A DNA stretch of 64,000 nt from a virus: IMG/VR virus record IMGVR_UViG_3300032286_000710, positions 32,001-96,000 of that record, one strand, 5' to 3'. Positions 49,627-60,839 of the stretch are shown piece after piece (the first letter of the stretch is position 1; the number at the start of each line of letters is the position of its first letter). The notes beneath the pieces were generated by a model. That model saw nothing but the letters and a program-made list of their open reading frames with translations. It did no database searches and was not told the origin of the DNA. A program made the position numbers and the translations under genes.

Positions 49627-52600
49627 TATTTACCTCTTACTTGTAAGTTAAGATTGTCGTTGAGACTTCCTATCCCGCTAGGTGCAAATAGATTTAGAGA
49701 AGATGTGATTCCAGAGGGACTTTCTATGAATAGATTTAGTCCAGATGGAGAGGTAGAAACCACATCTGTCATGACGCTACCGTACAATCCTAATGTATTA
49801 TACACATAAGCTGAATTTTCAACATCTATAAATAGGTTGATTTGTGAGCTTGGGGGCGGGTTTTGCCCTTCACAAAACAAAATCATGCCATTTTCTAGAA
49901 TTTGACCATACTGGTACTGACCGATAATAGATTCAATATATGGCCTATGAGATATAAAACCTCTTGTTGATGGATCTTGCCCTGATACTTCAACGAAAAT
50001 TTCACCATCTGAGTTAGAAACCACTACTCCGCTACCATAGTATGAGATATTATTACCACTATTACTAAATCTTAAGTTTACTATATGATCATCACCTGAC
50101 CATGTATCGCCAAATACCTTTGCGTCTATCCATGCACCAGAATTAGCCAGAGATGGTCGCTGCTTTCTTAACATTATATCTTTAGAGTATGCTGCCCCGA
50201 TATTTAGTATGCCGTCGCCAGAAGCTGTATAACATCCGGCAAATATTGTATAATCAGCATCACTTCTATAGGGTCTAGATAGGTATACATTACTACCAAA
50301 TCTTTCAGAAATTGATAGAGATCCACTTGGAACCTTTGGAGATGGTAAAATCTTTTCTATCAGCTTCCATCCCTGTTTCTTGTTTTCCCAATCAGTAATT
50401 TTATTTTCATAAACATAAATCGCTCCGGTATTCTTACCATAAATACCATCACTATTTAGTGTTGCTCTAACTCCAGAATATCCTAAATCACTAACATTAT
50501 AAGTTGGTATATCAAACTGTGGGTTGAAGTTCTTTCGTGCAAACGAGCCACTATTAAACACAACCCCATAGTAATTTCCATAATCATGATTTGGGGAGCC
50601 AACAATTATAGTATCATTTTGCATAGCAACAGAATGACCAAAGTGATCTGATAATGTATTAACTCCGCTTAGTTGTCCCATTAATGATTGTGGTCTAAAT
50701 TTCCTAGAGCATGTCCAAGAATCTTCGCTAGGCTTTTCAAACATATAGACTGAGCCAGCACCACCATCATACCCAAGACGTAATTGCAATCCACTTGACC
50801 AAGGTGTAATACTTTCAGAACCAAATGCAGAGAATGGAGAACCAACAAGAATCTTTTCTCCTCTTACACATACTGAATATCCGAATAAATCACCGCGATA
50901 TCCAGATGGCAATTTGTCTAGATCTAAATAATCGTAACCTTTATCTTTTAATAGCTGTGGTAATCCACCAGCAATAGTAGCGTCAGAATACATAATGCCA
51001 TCTACAATACCACTAAATCTAGCGGTAGACGCGCTACTTATTTGACTACTCAAGAATCCACTTATAAATTGATTTTTAATTTCAAGTATTTTCTTTTCTT
51101 CTGTTTCGTCTTTCCAAGGAATATCTGGACGAGTTACATACTTAGGATCATATTGTGATTCATATTGGTTAATAGTAGATAGTGCTACTGTTCCAGCATT
51201 ACCAAAATTGACATTAAGACCACTTAAAGCACCCTGACCAAAGTATTTACTTGGACTTCCACGTTCTGGAGAAATTAATTTCTTGTATTTATCAAATTGT
51301 CTACCATATGTTGTTGATGGGAAATTTGTTTCTGGATATAAACTTCTGATAAAAGTGAGAGTATCTACTGGTATTACTCCACCTTCATCTGCCACATATC
51401 TACCCTGTAATATACTAGAGTCTGTTATAACAGTAATTCTTGATCTAGCAACACCAACATTAAATGGTGAGAGTATTTCTACTTCTTGTGCCGCCACAAC
51501 TGGACCATCATCTATAAGTTGACCACCAAGCCCCTTGGCTAAACACTTATCTGAACAGTACTTGGTATTATCTGTGCTTATTGGTCTAATTAGTTGAACA
51601 GTTTCTGTAAAAGCTGGTTCTTCTTCAGATATCTTAACTGTCTCAAATTGATTTGTTGGAATTTGCGATCCAACTACAGTATTAGATTGATAAACTGGAA
51701 TTAATACTCCAGATATACCCATTAATTTAGTTGTCTTGGGAATAAATTGGGAACCAATTGCAAATCTCTGAATGGCGCAAGAGATATAAACATTTATATT
51801 ATCTACACCACTGCTAACCTGTAAATCAATAGTTTTTGTTGCAGTCCCTTCGCATCTGGCAGTCGGAACACCATTTTCAATTAATTTGTAAGGGGTAACT
51901 TCTCCATCACTATTTAACTCATTCACTTGAGAAGAAGCGTAGTCAATAGGATATGGTAAATTGGGAAGATATGTGGCATTTTCAATATCAATATCTAAAG
52001 GTGCAGTTTCTGATGATGTTTCAGATAGTGTTGTTATAAATAGTTTGTAGCCAGAGCAAGGAATAGCTGGAATAGATAGCTTTGTTACTCCAGCATTCAT
52101 GTCCCAATATATATTTGTATTTGTTTTTGGAACGTCATCATAAATTGGTTGATCATTATAGGCTACCCCTATGCCACCAGATGTTAGTTTTAACGGATAG
52201 AAAGTTACTCCAGCTGTGAAGTATTCGATCTTATTATTATTAAATTGTCCACCAGCTTGATGACCATCATTAATTTCAAAACCAGAATTGTTCTGTGCAT
52301 ACTGATCTAAGTATGTAAGGAAAACTGGCCCAACGGATACGCCGAGCTTAGAGCATAATGTTTGTGCGTTCTTAAGACTATCTAGATCATTACCACAAGT
52401 TATAATAAGTTTTTTATCTCCATAGGCTAACCAAGTTTTAATGTCGCCTAATTCTAGTGAAGATGGTTGACTAACTATATTTGCGACCCAAGCCACATTA
52501 AACACGTTAGTAAGACAAACTCTATCTGCTACTGTGAATGATGTATCAACATCTTCTACTACCTTATTTCCATTTCTGAATACAGTCTTCAACAACGAAT

Positions 52601-55600
52601 TAGCATATCCATCAGTGAAGCTTTTTCGCCCCGTCCAAGCACCGAGTTGGGCAATATCAGAATAGCCCTTAGTCTTTAGATTCTTTGATACTAGATTAGC
52701 ATAAAATTTAACATTTTGATCCCCTTGACCACTATATAACGCGGATTTAGATTCTGTTTCAACACCAGCCAAAATTATAATTTTAGATGTTGTTTTTGCG
52801 TATGAATGTTCAACACAATAGTAGTTCTTATCTGCTACAACTTCTTTAGATATATAGGGTGTTACATTTATCTTAGAAATTCCCTTGGCTTGTAATAAAC
52901 CTTCTTCTGGTTGATAGAATCTTCCTTCACTGATGCTGCTGCTAACATTTAGAGATAGGCCCGATGGAACAGTGCCAGAATCCCATATGAAATCTGGAAC
53001 TTGACTAACTGGGCTACCAAATGTATAGTATGGTGTGCTTGTATATACAGTTTCGTAAATTGGAAAGTTTTTATACTGTGCTGGAACTGCTGGGTAATTC
53101 ACATCATAAGTAACTTTCTCTGCCGCTGCCAATAATGGAATCGGTTCAAAATTAGCTTTTGGATTATCTGGGAATTCAGTATCACCACATGCGGGTTTAT
53201 ATGATCCAAATATGAAAGGCCAGTTATGACCGTATATTAATAATCCGCCGTTTGTGCAGCAAGATGCATTCCATTGAGATCTCAAATCACCGTAATGAAT
53301 AAGAGGCATTTCGCACCGTGACTGAATTTGTACTGTAGTTTGCTCGGGAGTACAATCACCAACTTCTTCGCATGGCATTATTTCTTTGTAGCCGGGATAA
53401 TAAATCTTGATATCAGCCACACCACTTCCTCTCAAAGAAGTTCTTTGAACATAAGTGGATGTAGAACCTTGTGGTATAAAAGATGGAATAATATTATTGA
53501 AAGTTGAGTATCCAACTGGTAAAGATTCATATTTACTTCTAGCTGGAACAATTCTCATGCGAGAGTTGAGTCTTTCAAGTAGCTTATTAAGAATGTCATT
53601 AGAGTTTTTGTATTTTCCAGCATCTTCCCAGATTGGATCATTTGCTACTAAAACTAAATTTCTATCTCCAAGTGCTAACCAATTATAAATATTATTGTAT
53701 ACTTCATCGCTTTCAGTTATTGCGTCCTCTTTTGGAGTAATAATGAATACTAATCCGGCTTCCTTTGGAATACTATTCTGAGCAAATTCTGTTTTAACAA
53801 AGTTTTTATCTTCAAAGATATCAGCTAAATAATGGAAATGACCAGAATCTGGAGTGTTATTACTATCAATTTCATGTAAATTTCCAAATCGCCCGTACTC
53901 TATAGCTTGATTATGTGGATAATACTTACGTGACTCAAATACATGAATTGATCCAGCATTAACGCTAGATGACCAAGATGATTTGACATTGTTTGGAACT
54001 ATACTATATGGATCATTATATCCAGTTGAATACTTACCACCATAGTTATAATAAATATTACTATCATTATATAGATTCAAACTATCTGTTGGTGCGCTAG
54101 CGACTACAACGCTACCATCTTCGTTAACGTCAACACTATAACCTAATCTTGAAGTTGGCGCGACAGCATCGGGAATAAATGACCAACTCCCATTTGGTTG
54201 CATACTGCTATAATCAAACGTATAGATATTTTGATATTCTTCTATACCAAGATCAACTCTAGACTTGAATTTATGTTCTGGTGTTAATGCCAGATATAAA
54301 GATTTAATATCTTCAGAATTTTTAATGGATTGATCGTATGAGTATAATGCAGGAGCGTATTTTTCTGGATAATTTCTAATCACCCAATCTGGTAGTAATG
54401 AATAGAACCTATCTCTTTCTTCTTCTTTTCTCTCGTACATTGTTACAGCTTGATTTATATATGGAGAACCAATTACTACTAATTCTCCATCATCGCTGAT
54501 GCTGACAGCGTGACCAAAACGATCTGGATTTGAATAAGTAACATTTGGAGATCTTATTTCTTGTATAAGATTCCAGTTGCCACTTTCTTTTTCAAAAATA
54601 TACGCTTTTCCGCCACTTTCTGGAGGAATATTGAAAGCCCCAAGATTAGTATTAAATGTTCCAACGCTAGCGGTTAAAAATCTAACTTGATTATTTTTTA
54701 CTAGGTTGCCGGTATCTAAAACTTCAGAAAGTATTGATGTGGACATTTCTACCCAATTTTCAGCATCATAAGTATCTGGAATATACTCAATTACTTGTCC
54801 AGATTCCTTTACTCCATTGAAATCTCTAAGCCCATTATCAAAACTATATTTCTTGTAAAAACTAATAAATTGATCAATAGCTGGCTCTAGAGAATCTCTT
54901 CCTAAAGAACTACTGTTATCTACATATAAACCAAGGATTGGAGGTATATTATTATGAATCTTAGTAGCGTCATAGGGGAAAGCTTCAAAGAAAGCATCTT
55001 TCATTCCACTTACAATAGCTTCTGTTTTTGTAAGATTTAATTCATACCCATCATTTCTACTTATAGAATTTAAAACCATGAAATCCGGTTTATCTGGAAA
55101 GCTTGGCGGAACAATATCTGGACTGTCAGCAATTGGTTGACAAATCATTAACTTAGTATTGAATTTAATTCTTGGATTGCCAAAGTAATTAAATATTATA
55201 TCTTTATCTTTTATGGCCTCAAGAACTTCTTCATATCCTATAGTTCTGAATGGTCTATTAGGAAGTGGTGCGTGAATTCTAGGTGTAAATTCATCTGTGA
55301 AAACCATTAATCCAATATTAACACCGGATGGTGGATTATTATCAAATATTCTTGGAGTCCATTTAGCACTTGGGCCACCGACAACAATTGTCTGACGAGA
55401 ATTCTCGCCTAATGACTTTTCATTTTTATTTACAGATAGATCTACTGAATGTCCGAACTGTCTTCCCTCTTGACCAACAAACCACTTTGTTTGAGTTGGT
55501 TTTAAGTTATACGATAGACCCAGATCTAGTTCTGATTGAGTATAGTAATCCTTCAACATGCCAGATGGTAATGTTAGGGCGGTTTCTAATACCCAAGGAG

Positions 55601-58600
55601 ACTTGTAATTATCCAAAGGCCAATTATATCCACTCGGTCTTTCTTGTCTTCTATATACAAATACAGTGCCAGCTTCTTGTAGTGTTAAGTTTGATCCAAC
55701 CCCACTATTATATACTATTGATCTTTTTGGTGATCCTATTGCTAGTAAATTATCTTTAGATGCAATTGATTTTCCAAATTCATCGCCAGAAGTTTTAGTA
55801 ACACTAGATAGTAATCTAAATCCACTGTAATCTGTTGAAACTTGATTGGTTTCATTTTTGTTATATTCTACTTCTACTATTTCTGTTGGTATATCTATAG
55901 GATTTGTAGAACCAGACTTGCCAGTTATATTGATAGAGTAGGGGAGGTTGGGAGCCAAACCTGTATATTTTCTAATTCCATAGAAGTGACCACTATATGG
56001 CATAATGTCATAAACAACTGTGTTGAGAGATGACTCAGTGGAGATGAAGTCATTACTTTCTGTAGAAAGTGTAAATAGGTTTTCTGTGGCTATATTAGTA
56101 GCTTCGTTTTGACTAATAGTATGTCTGAATGACCCACTAGGATAAGAAAGGTTTGTATATGTAGATTTAGCTCTGAATATACCGCCATCAACACAAACCT
56201 CTGGGTCATACCACTTTACTCCATGAATATCTACCACTGCTTCTGAGCATCTGTTGTTATAAGAGCAAGTTCCATAGCATAGTAAATCAACTCCACGAAT
56301 ATTATCGTCAGAATCAACATAAGCATAGCTATTATCTTGAACTGTTATATTTTGACCAACATTATCATGAGTCCACTTAATAGATGCACTACTGTTAGCA
56401 AGAGAATCAGATATTGGATAATTTACAGTATGTAAGCTTAAAGATCCAGAATCTACAACTCTACTAAAATCATCGCTCAATACAAACAGTGGGGTGTAGT
56501 TATTTATTTCAGTTGAAAATTCTTGTCCATATACATAGAATGGCATACTAGAATATGGGTAAAAATCTTGAGACTTAGATATTCCCCGAATAGCCAAGTT
56601 TATATATTCATTTTTAACAATATCATCTTGTACTAAAGTGCTTAAATTGACATATGATTCAGAATAGTATCCAGATCCATATATAGATAAGGGCATATTT
56701 GTTTCTGTCATGAATTGACCACTAACAGATAATCCTAATCCCTTTATTGGAGATGAGCCAAACATATCTCCAAATACTTGATCTTCTGTAGAAATTGATC
56801 CAATAGATATAGTATGCATAGTTAGATATGGACTATAGCAAGGATATCCGCTACTACCAACAAACATATTAAGACCAGATCCAATTGGTCCATTTCCACT
56901 AACAAATAGATTAACACCAGAGTAAATAATAGGCCCATTTTCTGGAGCAAATAGATTTAACTTTGATACTTGATATTGTTGACCGCTGGTAACTAAATTT
57001 AATTGACCACTTGATTTTTCACTAATATATATAGCATCGTCTAGCCGAACATTTGAACTATGTAATTTAATCAGTGATGAAAATGGTCTTCCAGATGGAT
57101 AAACTAAATCGTATTGCAAAAACATATCGTCTATGTCTTGAGAAAAATATTTTTCCTTAAATTCTTTTGTATACGATTCTTTATCAAATAAAGCCCAAGG
57201 CTCTGAATCATCTAACAAATCCGTAAAAGAGAATTTACTAGTAAGTTTTCTTATACATCCAGATGGTTCTAAATAATGAGTTGATCTATTTATTAAACCA
57301 AATGATTTACTTGGTCTATCGGCATTATCTTGAGTCTTGGCATATAAACTAACAATTAATTTGGGGCCAATTTTCCCATTTGGCCATACTATATCATTGC
57401 TTGTGTCATGCTCTACAATAGTATCAACACAAATAGCTTCTTCATTGAATTTATAACCCCGTGGCAATGTTTTAGATATTCTAGGAGCAATTGCATAGAA
57501 TCTATCTTTGTCAATAGTTGGAATATTAGATAGATTAAATCTTAAAAAATCATTTTCTATTTGAGTGTGATATGCAACTCCAGAAAGATTTACATTTGAC
57601 GGGAGTGGTAAATTAGTAATTTGACTATAACCAGAACCATTGTGCTTCAAATTAAAACTTAAGAAATCCTTGCTATCTCGCTTGGTGAAAAAATCAAAGT
57701 CTGGAGAGAATTGACATACTCTGAAGTCTCCAAGATGCCATAACGAAATGTCATCATCAACATATGAATATTGATTTGATCTTGCATTGGCTGAGAATAT
57801 ATTGTTAAAGTGCATCCTATGAGAAGAAAAGAACTCAGATGCTGTTAATTGATTTAAAAAGCCAAAAGCGTTTGGATTATATTCTACAATATTGCATCTA
57901 CCATTAGACCAGCCCACTTCATGCAAGAACATTGGCAACGGAGGGGATGCTGAATACTGATTTGAATAACCAATATAAGAAGTACCACCAGTTAATATTT
58001 TAGTTGATATTTGTGGCTGAGATGCCGCCCTCATATTATTGAATGATGTAGCTAACTCATTCTCTGTATACAATTTATATCGATAAGTATTATCATCATT
58101 ATATGTAATTAAGACGGATAATGGAAATTGATACTGACTTATATTTTGAGTATCACTTAGTGTAATAATATTGTCATTAGAGTCTTTAACTTTAAGTTTT
58201 AACACTCCGCTTTCATACACAAGAACAATTGACCAAGTTATATTATTTTCATAAGCAAAAATTAAATTATTATTTAATAGCGTATTTGTTACTTGGTCTG
58301 GAGTAAATCTAAGGAATAAAGTGAATCCAAAATTTTTAGAAGTATCTCCATAATTAGTAAATGAGTCATTATTTAATATGTATAGTTCTAATTGATCATC
58401 TGATGATATTCTAGCTGCTCTATCAAAAGCATCAAATATATTATCTTTCCAAGATATGGTTTTATATGGGGTTGTAGTAAGAGTAAAAAGCTGATTAGAA
58501 GAATATCTCCAGCCAAAATTAGATAAAATATTTAAATTGTTCTCTGTTTGACCAACAACAGTTCCGCTTGATGATAGGATATTGTCACCAACGACGTTTG

Positions 58601-60839
58601 TGAAATCTACATAAGAAGTTAGGAATGGGCTTAGTGAAGGAGTATGATTAAACGAAAGATCAAATTGTTTTGGATTAAAATAATCTCTACCAGAAAGAAC
58701 ATTTCCATCATTACCCCTCCATCGTCTGGAATAATTTGATTTTATATACTCTGGTGTTGTTAATCCTGTTAATACTCCGCTAAGTTTTACATTGGTGTTT
58801 ACCTGTGTTCCATTAACATTTGATGATGGTAATAGAGTAATATTTTTACGTAAAGCATTTTTATCTACCGGACTACCAAGAGTATGCATTTGAAGTGCAT
58901 TAGCAGGCTTATAATATACAACTAATTTGACACTGCAAATAGATGCCCCACTAGGAATAGGACAAATATCTAAATATAGATTTTCAAAAAGAGAACTAAT
59001 AGAGTATTTCTTATATCCAAGTTCATATGGATTTTGATAAATGTCTAGTGGGATAGTATATTCTTGGAAAGATGTACTATTAACCAGCGGGGTGCTATTA
59101 AGTATATAATGATCACCTTCTGGAGAAGAGTCTTTTTTAAAGTACTCGGATTGATCTGAAAGACTACTATCAGAAATACCAAATGTCTTATAGGTGTAAC
59201 CAGAGATATCTGGCACTGAATTAGTATCAAAAACTAGCGCACCGCTATTTTGTACAAATCCGCCAACTGCCTGTGTAACATTTAATAATTTATCATCACT
59301 GTATCCAACAACATCTATTGTATAGTCTGGAGTACCGGTAGCTTTTTTAGCAATTACTTTTAGTTCTAAACTGTCTATATCAAAGAAGTTATCGTTATCT
59401 AAATAATTTACAAGTTTGGCATCATTAAAGTCTTTACTGCCGCCAAAAGAGAATGCCCCATCTATATAATTGTCATAAGCTTCTCTGTCGGGCTTTGTAT
59501 TAAACTTTAATACTATTCTTCCACTATCTGAAACCGGGGAAGAATTTATTACAGTAATATAATCTCCAGTTAAGTCATTTCTAATTTTATTTAGTAAATG
59601 GGAAGCACCAGAAGATGCTGTGTTATCATAGTTTATGTTATTTGTAGTTGATCGCCAAATGCTGCTAGCCTGTGGATAAATACCATTATCAAAATTATAT
59701 GTTAATAGTTCAGTTGGAAGTAGTGTTCTCTTTTCTCGTTCAGATTTGTCTCTAACTTGAGAGTAAAAGTTTAGGTAACTATCACGAAGTATTCCAACAC
59801 CGCCACTGCTACCAATTTCAAGCGATGATATATTTAGGCTAATGAATGGATTGGGGCTTATATTATTTGGATTGATTATACACGATTGTTCGTAACCAGT
59901 ATCAAAATTGCTAGTAAATGGGTAAGCATTACAATCATATGCTATATTTAATGTAATAGTATAAGAACCGGCAGCATCCATCAATGGATATTTGCTGTCC
60001 CAAGTTGGTAGCAATAGATTATTAACTAGCGGTTTAGATAAATAGGTAGTATAATAAGTATCACCACGGATTAGCATATCTTCATATTGAATTATTAAAT
60101 TGCCGCTAGGATCTTCAAATTTAATATCATATATTTTATACTGTTGTGGTTTTCTTTGTATATAACTATCAAATGGTGCTGATGCTCTAATAGCTAAATA
60201 GCTTAGTTTAGCAACTGATACTGGCTTTGCAACGCGAAACTTATACTGAATATCACCAGAAGTAAAAATTGTAATAGTAAGAGCAAATGATTTTGAATCA
60301 TCAGATATAACAGATCCAACCTTGCCATTATCTACATAGTCTCCAGTAAAAACCCCCTCATCAATACTGCTATATATGTTAGTTGGATTAAATATATTAT
60401 TTTCAACTTTGTAGACATTTATACTAGTATTAGTAAGTTTACTTTTGAAAGAAATATCTTGAATAGGATATAGTTTTTCATAAGCTCTAAAGCCGGGTTT
60501 GTATCCAGCAAACTTATCTGTATAAGAACTCTTAAAATTTCCAGAAGAGGATATTCTTGAATTAACACCAAGGTTGGCGGTTGTATATCCCCTAATATTT
60601 CCAATGCCAAATTCAGAAAAATCTTCTTTGGGCGAGAAATCGACATTCTCATTAGCTAATAATTTAGCAGTACCAGATAGCGAGGTCTTTAGGTTTCTAT
60701 AAACACCTTCTTGTAATCTGATAGTTGCAATAGAAGAGGGTCTAGACGAAAGACCATGATTAAAAGATAAAGTTGCTAGCAGGCGACTATCAGCACCTAG
60801 CCTAGTCTTATCGTTTGTACTGCAAAGTAAAGAACTCAT
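49626..60839 (-). CDS. Giant (3737 aa) virion protein with FG-GAP beta-propeller repeats and probable LamG-like domain
   Basis: Seven FG..GSP/SAP-type motifs (e.g. EFGKSIA..AIGSP, RFGHAVS..IGSPY, HFGHSVA..VGSPNHD); directly downstream of tape measure gene. Confidence 0.7.
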   Translation of the reverse strand: MSSLLCSTNDKTRLGADSRLLATLSFNHGLSSRPSSIATIRLQEGVYRNLKTSLSGTAKLLANENVDFSPKEDFSEFGIGNIRGYTTANLGVNSRISSSGNFKSSYTDKFAGYKPGFRAYEKLYPIQDISFKSKLTNTSINVYKVENNIFNPTNIYSSIDEGVFTGDYVDNGKVGSVISDDSKSFALTITIFTSGDIQYKFRVAKPVSVAKLSYLAIRASAPFDSYIQRKPQQYKIYDIKFEDPSGNLIIQYEDMLIRGDTYYTTYLSKPLVNNLLLPTWDSKYPLMDAAGSYTITLNIAYDCNAYPFTSNFDTGYEQSCIINPNNISPNPFISLNISSLEIGSSGGVGILRDSYLNFYSQVRDKSEREKRTLLPTELLTYNFDNGIYPQASSIWRSTTNNINYDNTASSGASHLLNKIRNDLTGDYITVINSSPVSDSGRIVLKFNTKPDREAYDNYIDGAFSFGGSKDFNDAKLVNYLDNDNFFDIDSLELKVIAKKATGTPDYTIDVVGYSDDKLLNVTQAVGGFVQNSGALVFDTNSVPDISGYTYKTFGISDSSLSDQSEYFKKDSSPEGDHYILNSTPLVNSTSFQEYTIPLDIYQNPYELGYKKYSISSLFENLYLDICPIPSGASICSVKLVVYYKPANALQMHTLGSPVDKNALRKNITLLPSSNVNGTQVNTNVKLSGVLTGLTTPEYIKSNYSRRWRGNDGNVLSGRDYFNPKQFDLSFNHTPSLSPFLTSYVDFTNVVGDNILSSSGTVVGQTENNLNILSNFGWRYSSNQLFTLTTTPYKTISWKDNIFDAFDRAARISSDDQLELYILNNDSFTNYGDTSKNFGFTLFLRFTPDQVTNTLLNNNLIFAYENNITWSIVLVYESGVLKLKVKDSNDNIITLSDTQNISQYQFPLSVLITYNDDNTYRYKLYTENELATSFNNMRAASQPQISTKILTGGTSYIGYSNQYSASPPLPMFLHEVGWSNGRCNIVEYNPNAFGFLNQLTASEFFSSHRMHFNNIFSANARSNQYSYVDDDISLWHLGDFRVCQFSPDFDFFTKRDSKDFLSFNLKHNGSGYSQITNLPLPSNVNLSGVAYHTQIENDFLRFNLSNIPTIDKDRFYAIAPRISKTLPRGYKFNEEAICVDTIVEHDTSNDIVWPNGKIGPKLIVSLYAKTQDNADRPSKSFGLINRSTHYLEPSGCIRKLTSKFSFTDLLDDSEPWALFDKESYTKEFKEKYFSQDIDDMFLQYDLVYPSGRPFSSLIKLHSSNVRLDDAIYISEKSSGQLNLVTSGQQYQVSKLNLFAPENGPIIYSGVNLFVSGNGPIGSGLNMFVGSSGYPCYSPYLTMHTISIGSISTEDQVFGDMFGSSPIKGLGLSVSGQFMTETNMPLSIYGSGYYSESYVNLSTLVQDDIVKNEYINLAIRGISKSQDFYPYSSMPFYVYGQEFSTEINNYTPLFVLSDDFSRVVDSGSLSLHTVNYPISDSLANSSASIKWTHDNVGQNITVQDNSYAYVDSDDNIRGVDLLCYGTCSYNNRCSEAVVDIHGVKWYDPEVCVDGGIFRAKSTYTNLSYPSGSFRHTISQNEATNIATENLFTLSTESNDFISTESSLNTVVYDIMPYSGHFYGIRKYTGLAPNLPYSINITGKSGSTNPIDIPTEIVEVEYNKNETNQVSTDYSGFRLLSSVTKTSGDEFGKSIASKDNLLAIGSPKRSIVYNSGVGSNLTLQEAGTVFVYRRQERPSGYNWPLDNYKSPWVLETALTLPSGMLKDYYTQSELDLGLSYNLKPTQTKWFVGQEGRQFGHSVDLSVNKNEKSLGENSRQTIVVGGPSAKWTPRIFDNNPPSGVNIGLMVFTDEFTPRIHAPLPNRPFRTIGYEEVLEAIKDKDIIFNYFGNPRIKFNTKLMICQPIADSPDIVPPSFPDKPDFMVLNSISRNDGYELNLTKTEAIVSGMKDAFFEAFPYDATKIHNNIPPILGLYVDNSSSLGRDSLEPAIDQFISFYKKYSFDNGLRDFNGVKESGQVIEYIPDTYDAENWVEMSTSILSEVLDTGNLVKNNQVRFLTASVGTFNTNLGAFNIPPESGGKAYIFEKESGNWNLIQEIRSPNVTYSNPDRFGHAVSISDDGELVVIGSPYINQAVTMYERKEEERDRFYSLLPDWVIRNYPEKYAPALYSYDQSIKNSEDIKSLYLALTPEHKFKSRVDLGIEEYQNIYTFDYSSMQPNGSWSFIPDAVAPTSRLGYSVDVNEDGSVVVASAPTDSLNLYNDSNIYYNYGGKYSTGYNDPYSIVPNNVKSSWSSSVNAGSIHVFESRKYYPHNQAIEYGRFGNLHEIDSNNTPDSGHFHYLADIFEDKNFVKTEFAQNSIPKEAGLVFIITPKEDAITESDEVYNNIYNWLALGDRNLVLVANDPIWEDAGKYKNSNDILNKLLERLNSRMRIVPARSKYESLPVGYSTFNNIIPSFIPQGSTSTYVQRTSLRGSGVADIKIYYPGYKEIMPCEEVGDCTPEQTTVQIQSRCEMPLIHYGDLRSQWNASCCTNGGLLIYGHNWPFIFGSYKPACGDTEFPDNPKANFEPIPLLAAAEKVTYDVNYPAVPAQYKNFPIYETVYTSTPYYTFGSPVSQVPDFIWDSGTVPSGLSLNVSSSISEGRFYQPEEGLLQAKGISKINVTPYISKEVVADKNYYCVEHSYAKTTSKIIILAGVETESKSALYSGQGDQNVKFYANLVSKNLKTKGYSDIAQLGAWTGRKSFTDGYANSLLKTVFRNGNKVVEDVDTSFTVADRVCLTNVFNVAWVANIVSQPSSLELGDIKTWLAYGDKKLIITCGNDLDSLKNAQTLCSKLGVSVGPVFLTYLDQYAQNNSGFEINDGHQAGGQFNNNKIEYFTAGVTFYPLKLTSGGIGVAYNDQPIYDDVPKTNTNIYWDMNAGVTKLSIPAIPCSGYKLFITTLSETSSETAPLDIDIENATYLPNLPYPIDYASSQVNELNSDGEVTPYKLIENGVPTARCEGTATKTIDLQVSSGVDNINVYISCAIQRFAIGSQFIPKTTKLMGISGVLIPVYQSNTVVGSQIPTNQFETVKISEEEPAFTETVQLIRPISTDNTKYCSDKCLAKGLGGQLIDDGPVVAAQEVEILSPFNVGVARSRITVITDSSILQGRYVADEGGVIPVDTLTFIRSLYPETNFPSTTYGRQFDKYKKLISPERGSPSKYFGQGALSGLNVNFGNAGTVALSTINQYESQYDPKYVTRPDIPWKDETEEKKILEIKNQFISGFLSSQISSASTARFSGIVDGIMYSDATIAGGLPQLLKDKGYDYLDLDKLPSGYRGDLFGYSVCVRGEKILVGSPFSAFGSESITPWSSGLQLRLGYDGGAGSVYMFEKPSEDSWTCSRKFRPQSLMGQLSGVNTLSDHFGHSVAMQNDTIIVGSPNHDYGNYYGVVFNSGSFARKNFNPQFDIPTYNVSDLGYSGVRATLNSDGIYGKNTGAIYVYENKITDWENKKQGWKLIEKILPSPKVPSGSLSISERFGSNVYLSRPYRSDADYTIFAGCYTASGDGILNIGAAYSKDIMLRKQRPSLANSGAWIDAKVFGDTWSGDDHIVNLRFSNSGNNISYYGSGVVVSNSDGEIFVEVSGQDPSTRGFISHRPYIESIIGQYQYGQILENGMILFCEGQNPPPSSQINLFIDVENSAYVYNTLGLYGSVMTDVVSTSPSGLNLFIESPSGITSSLNLFAPSGIGSLNDNLNLQVRGK

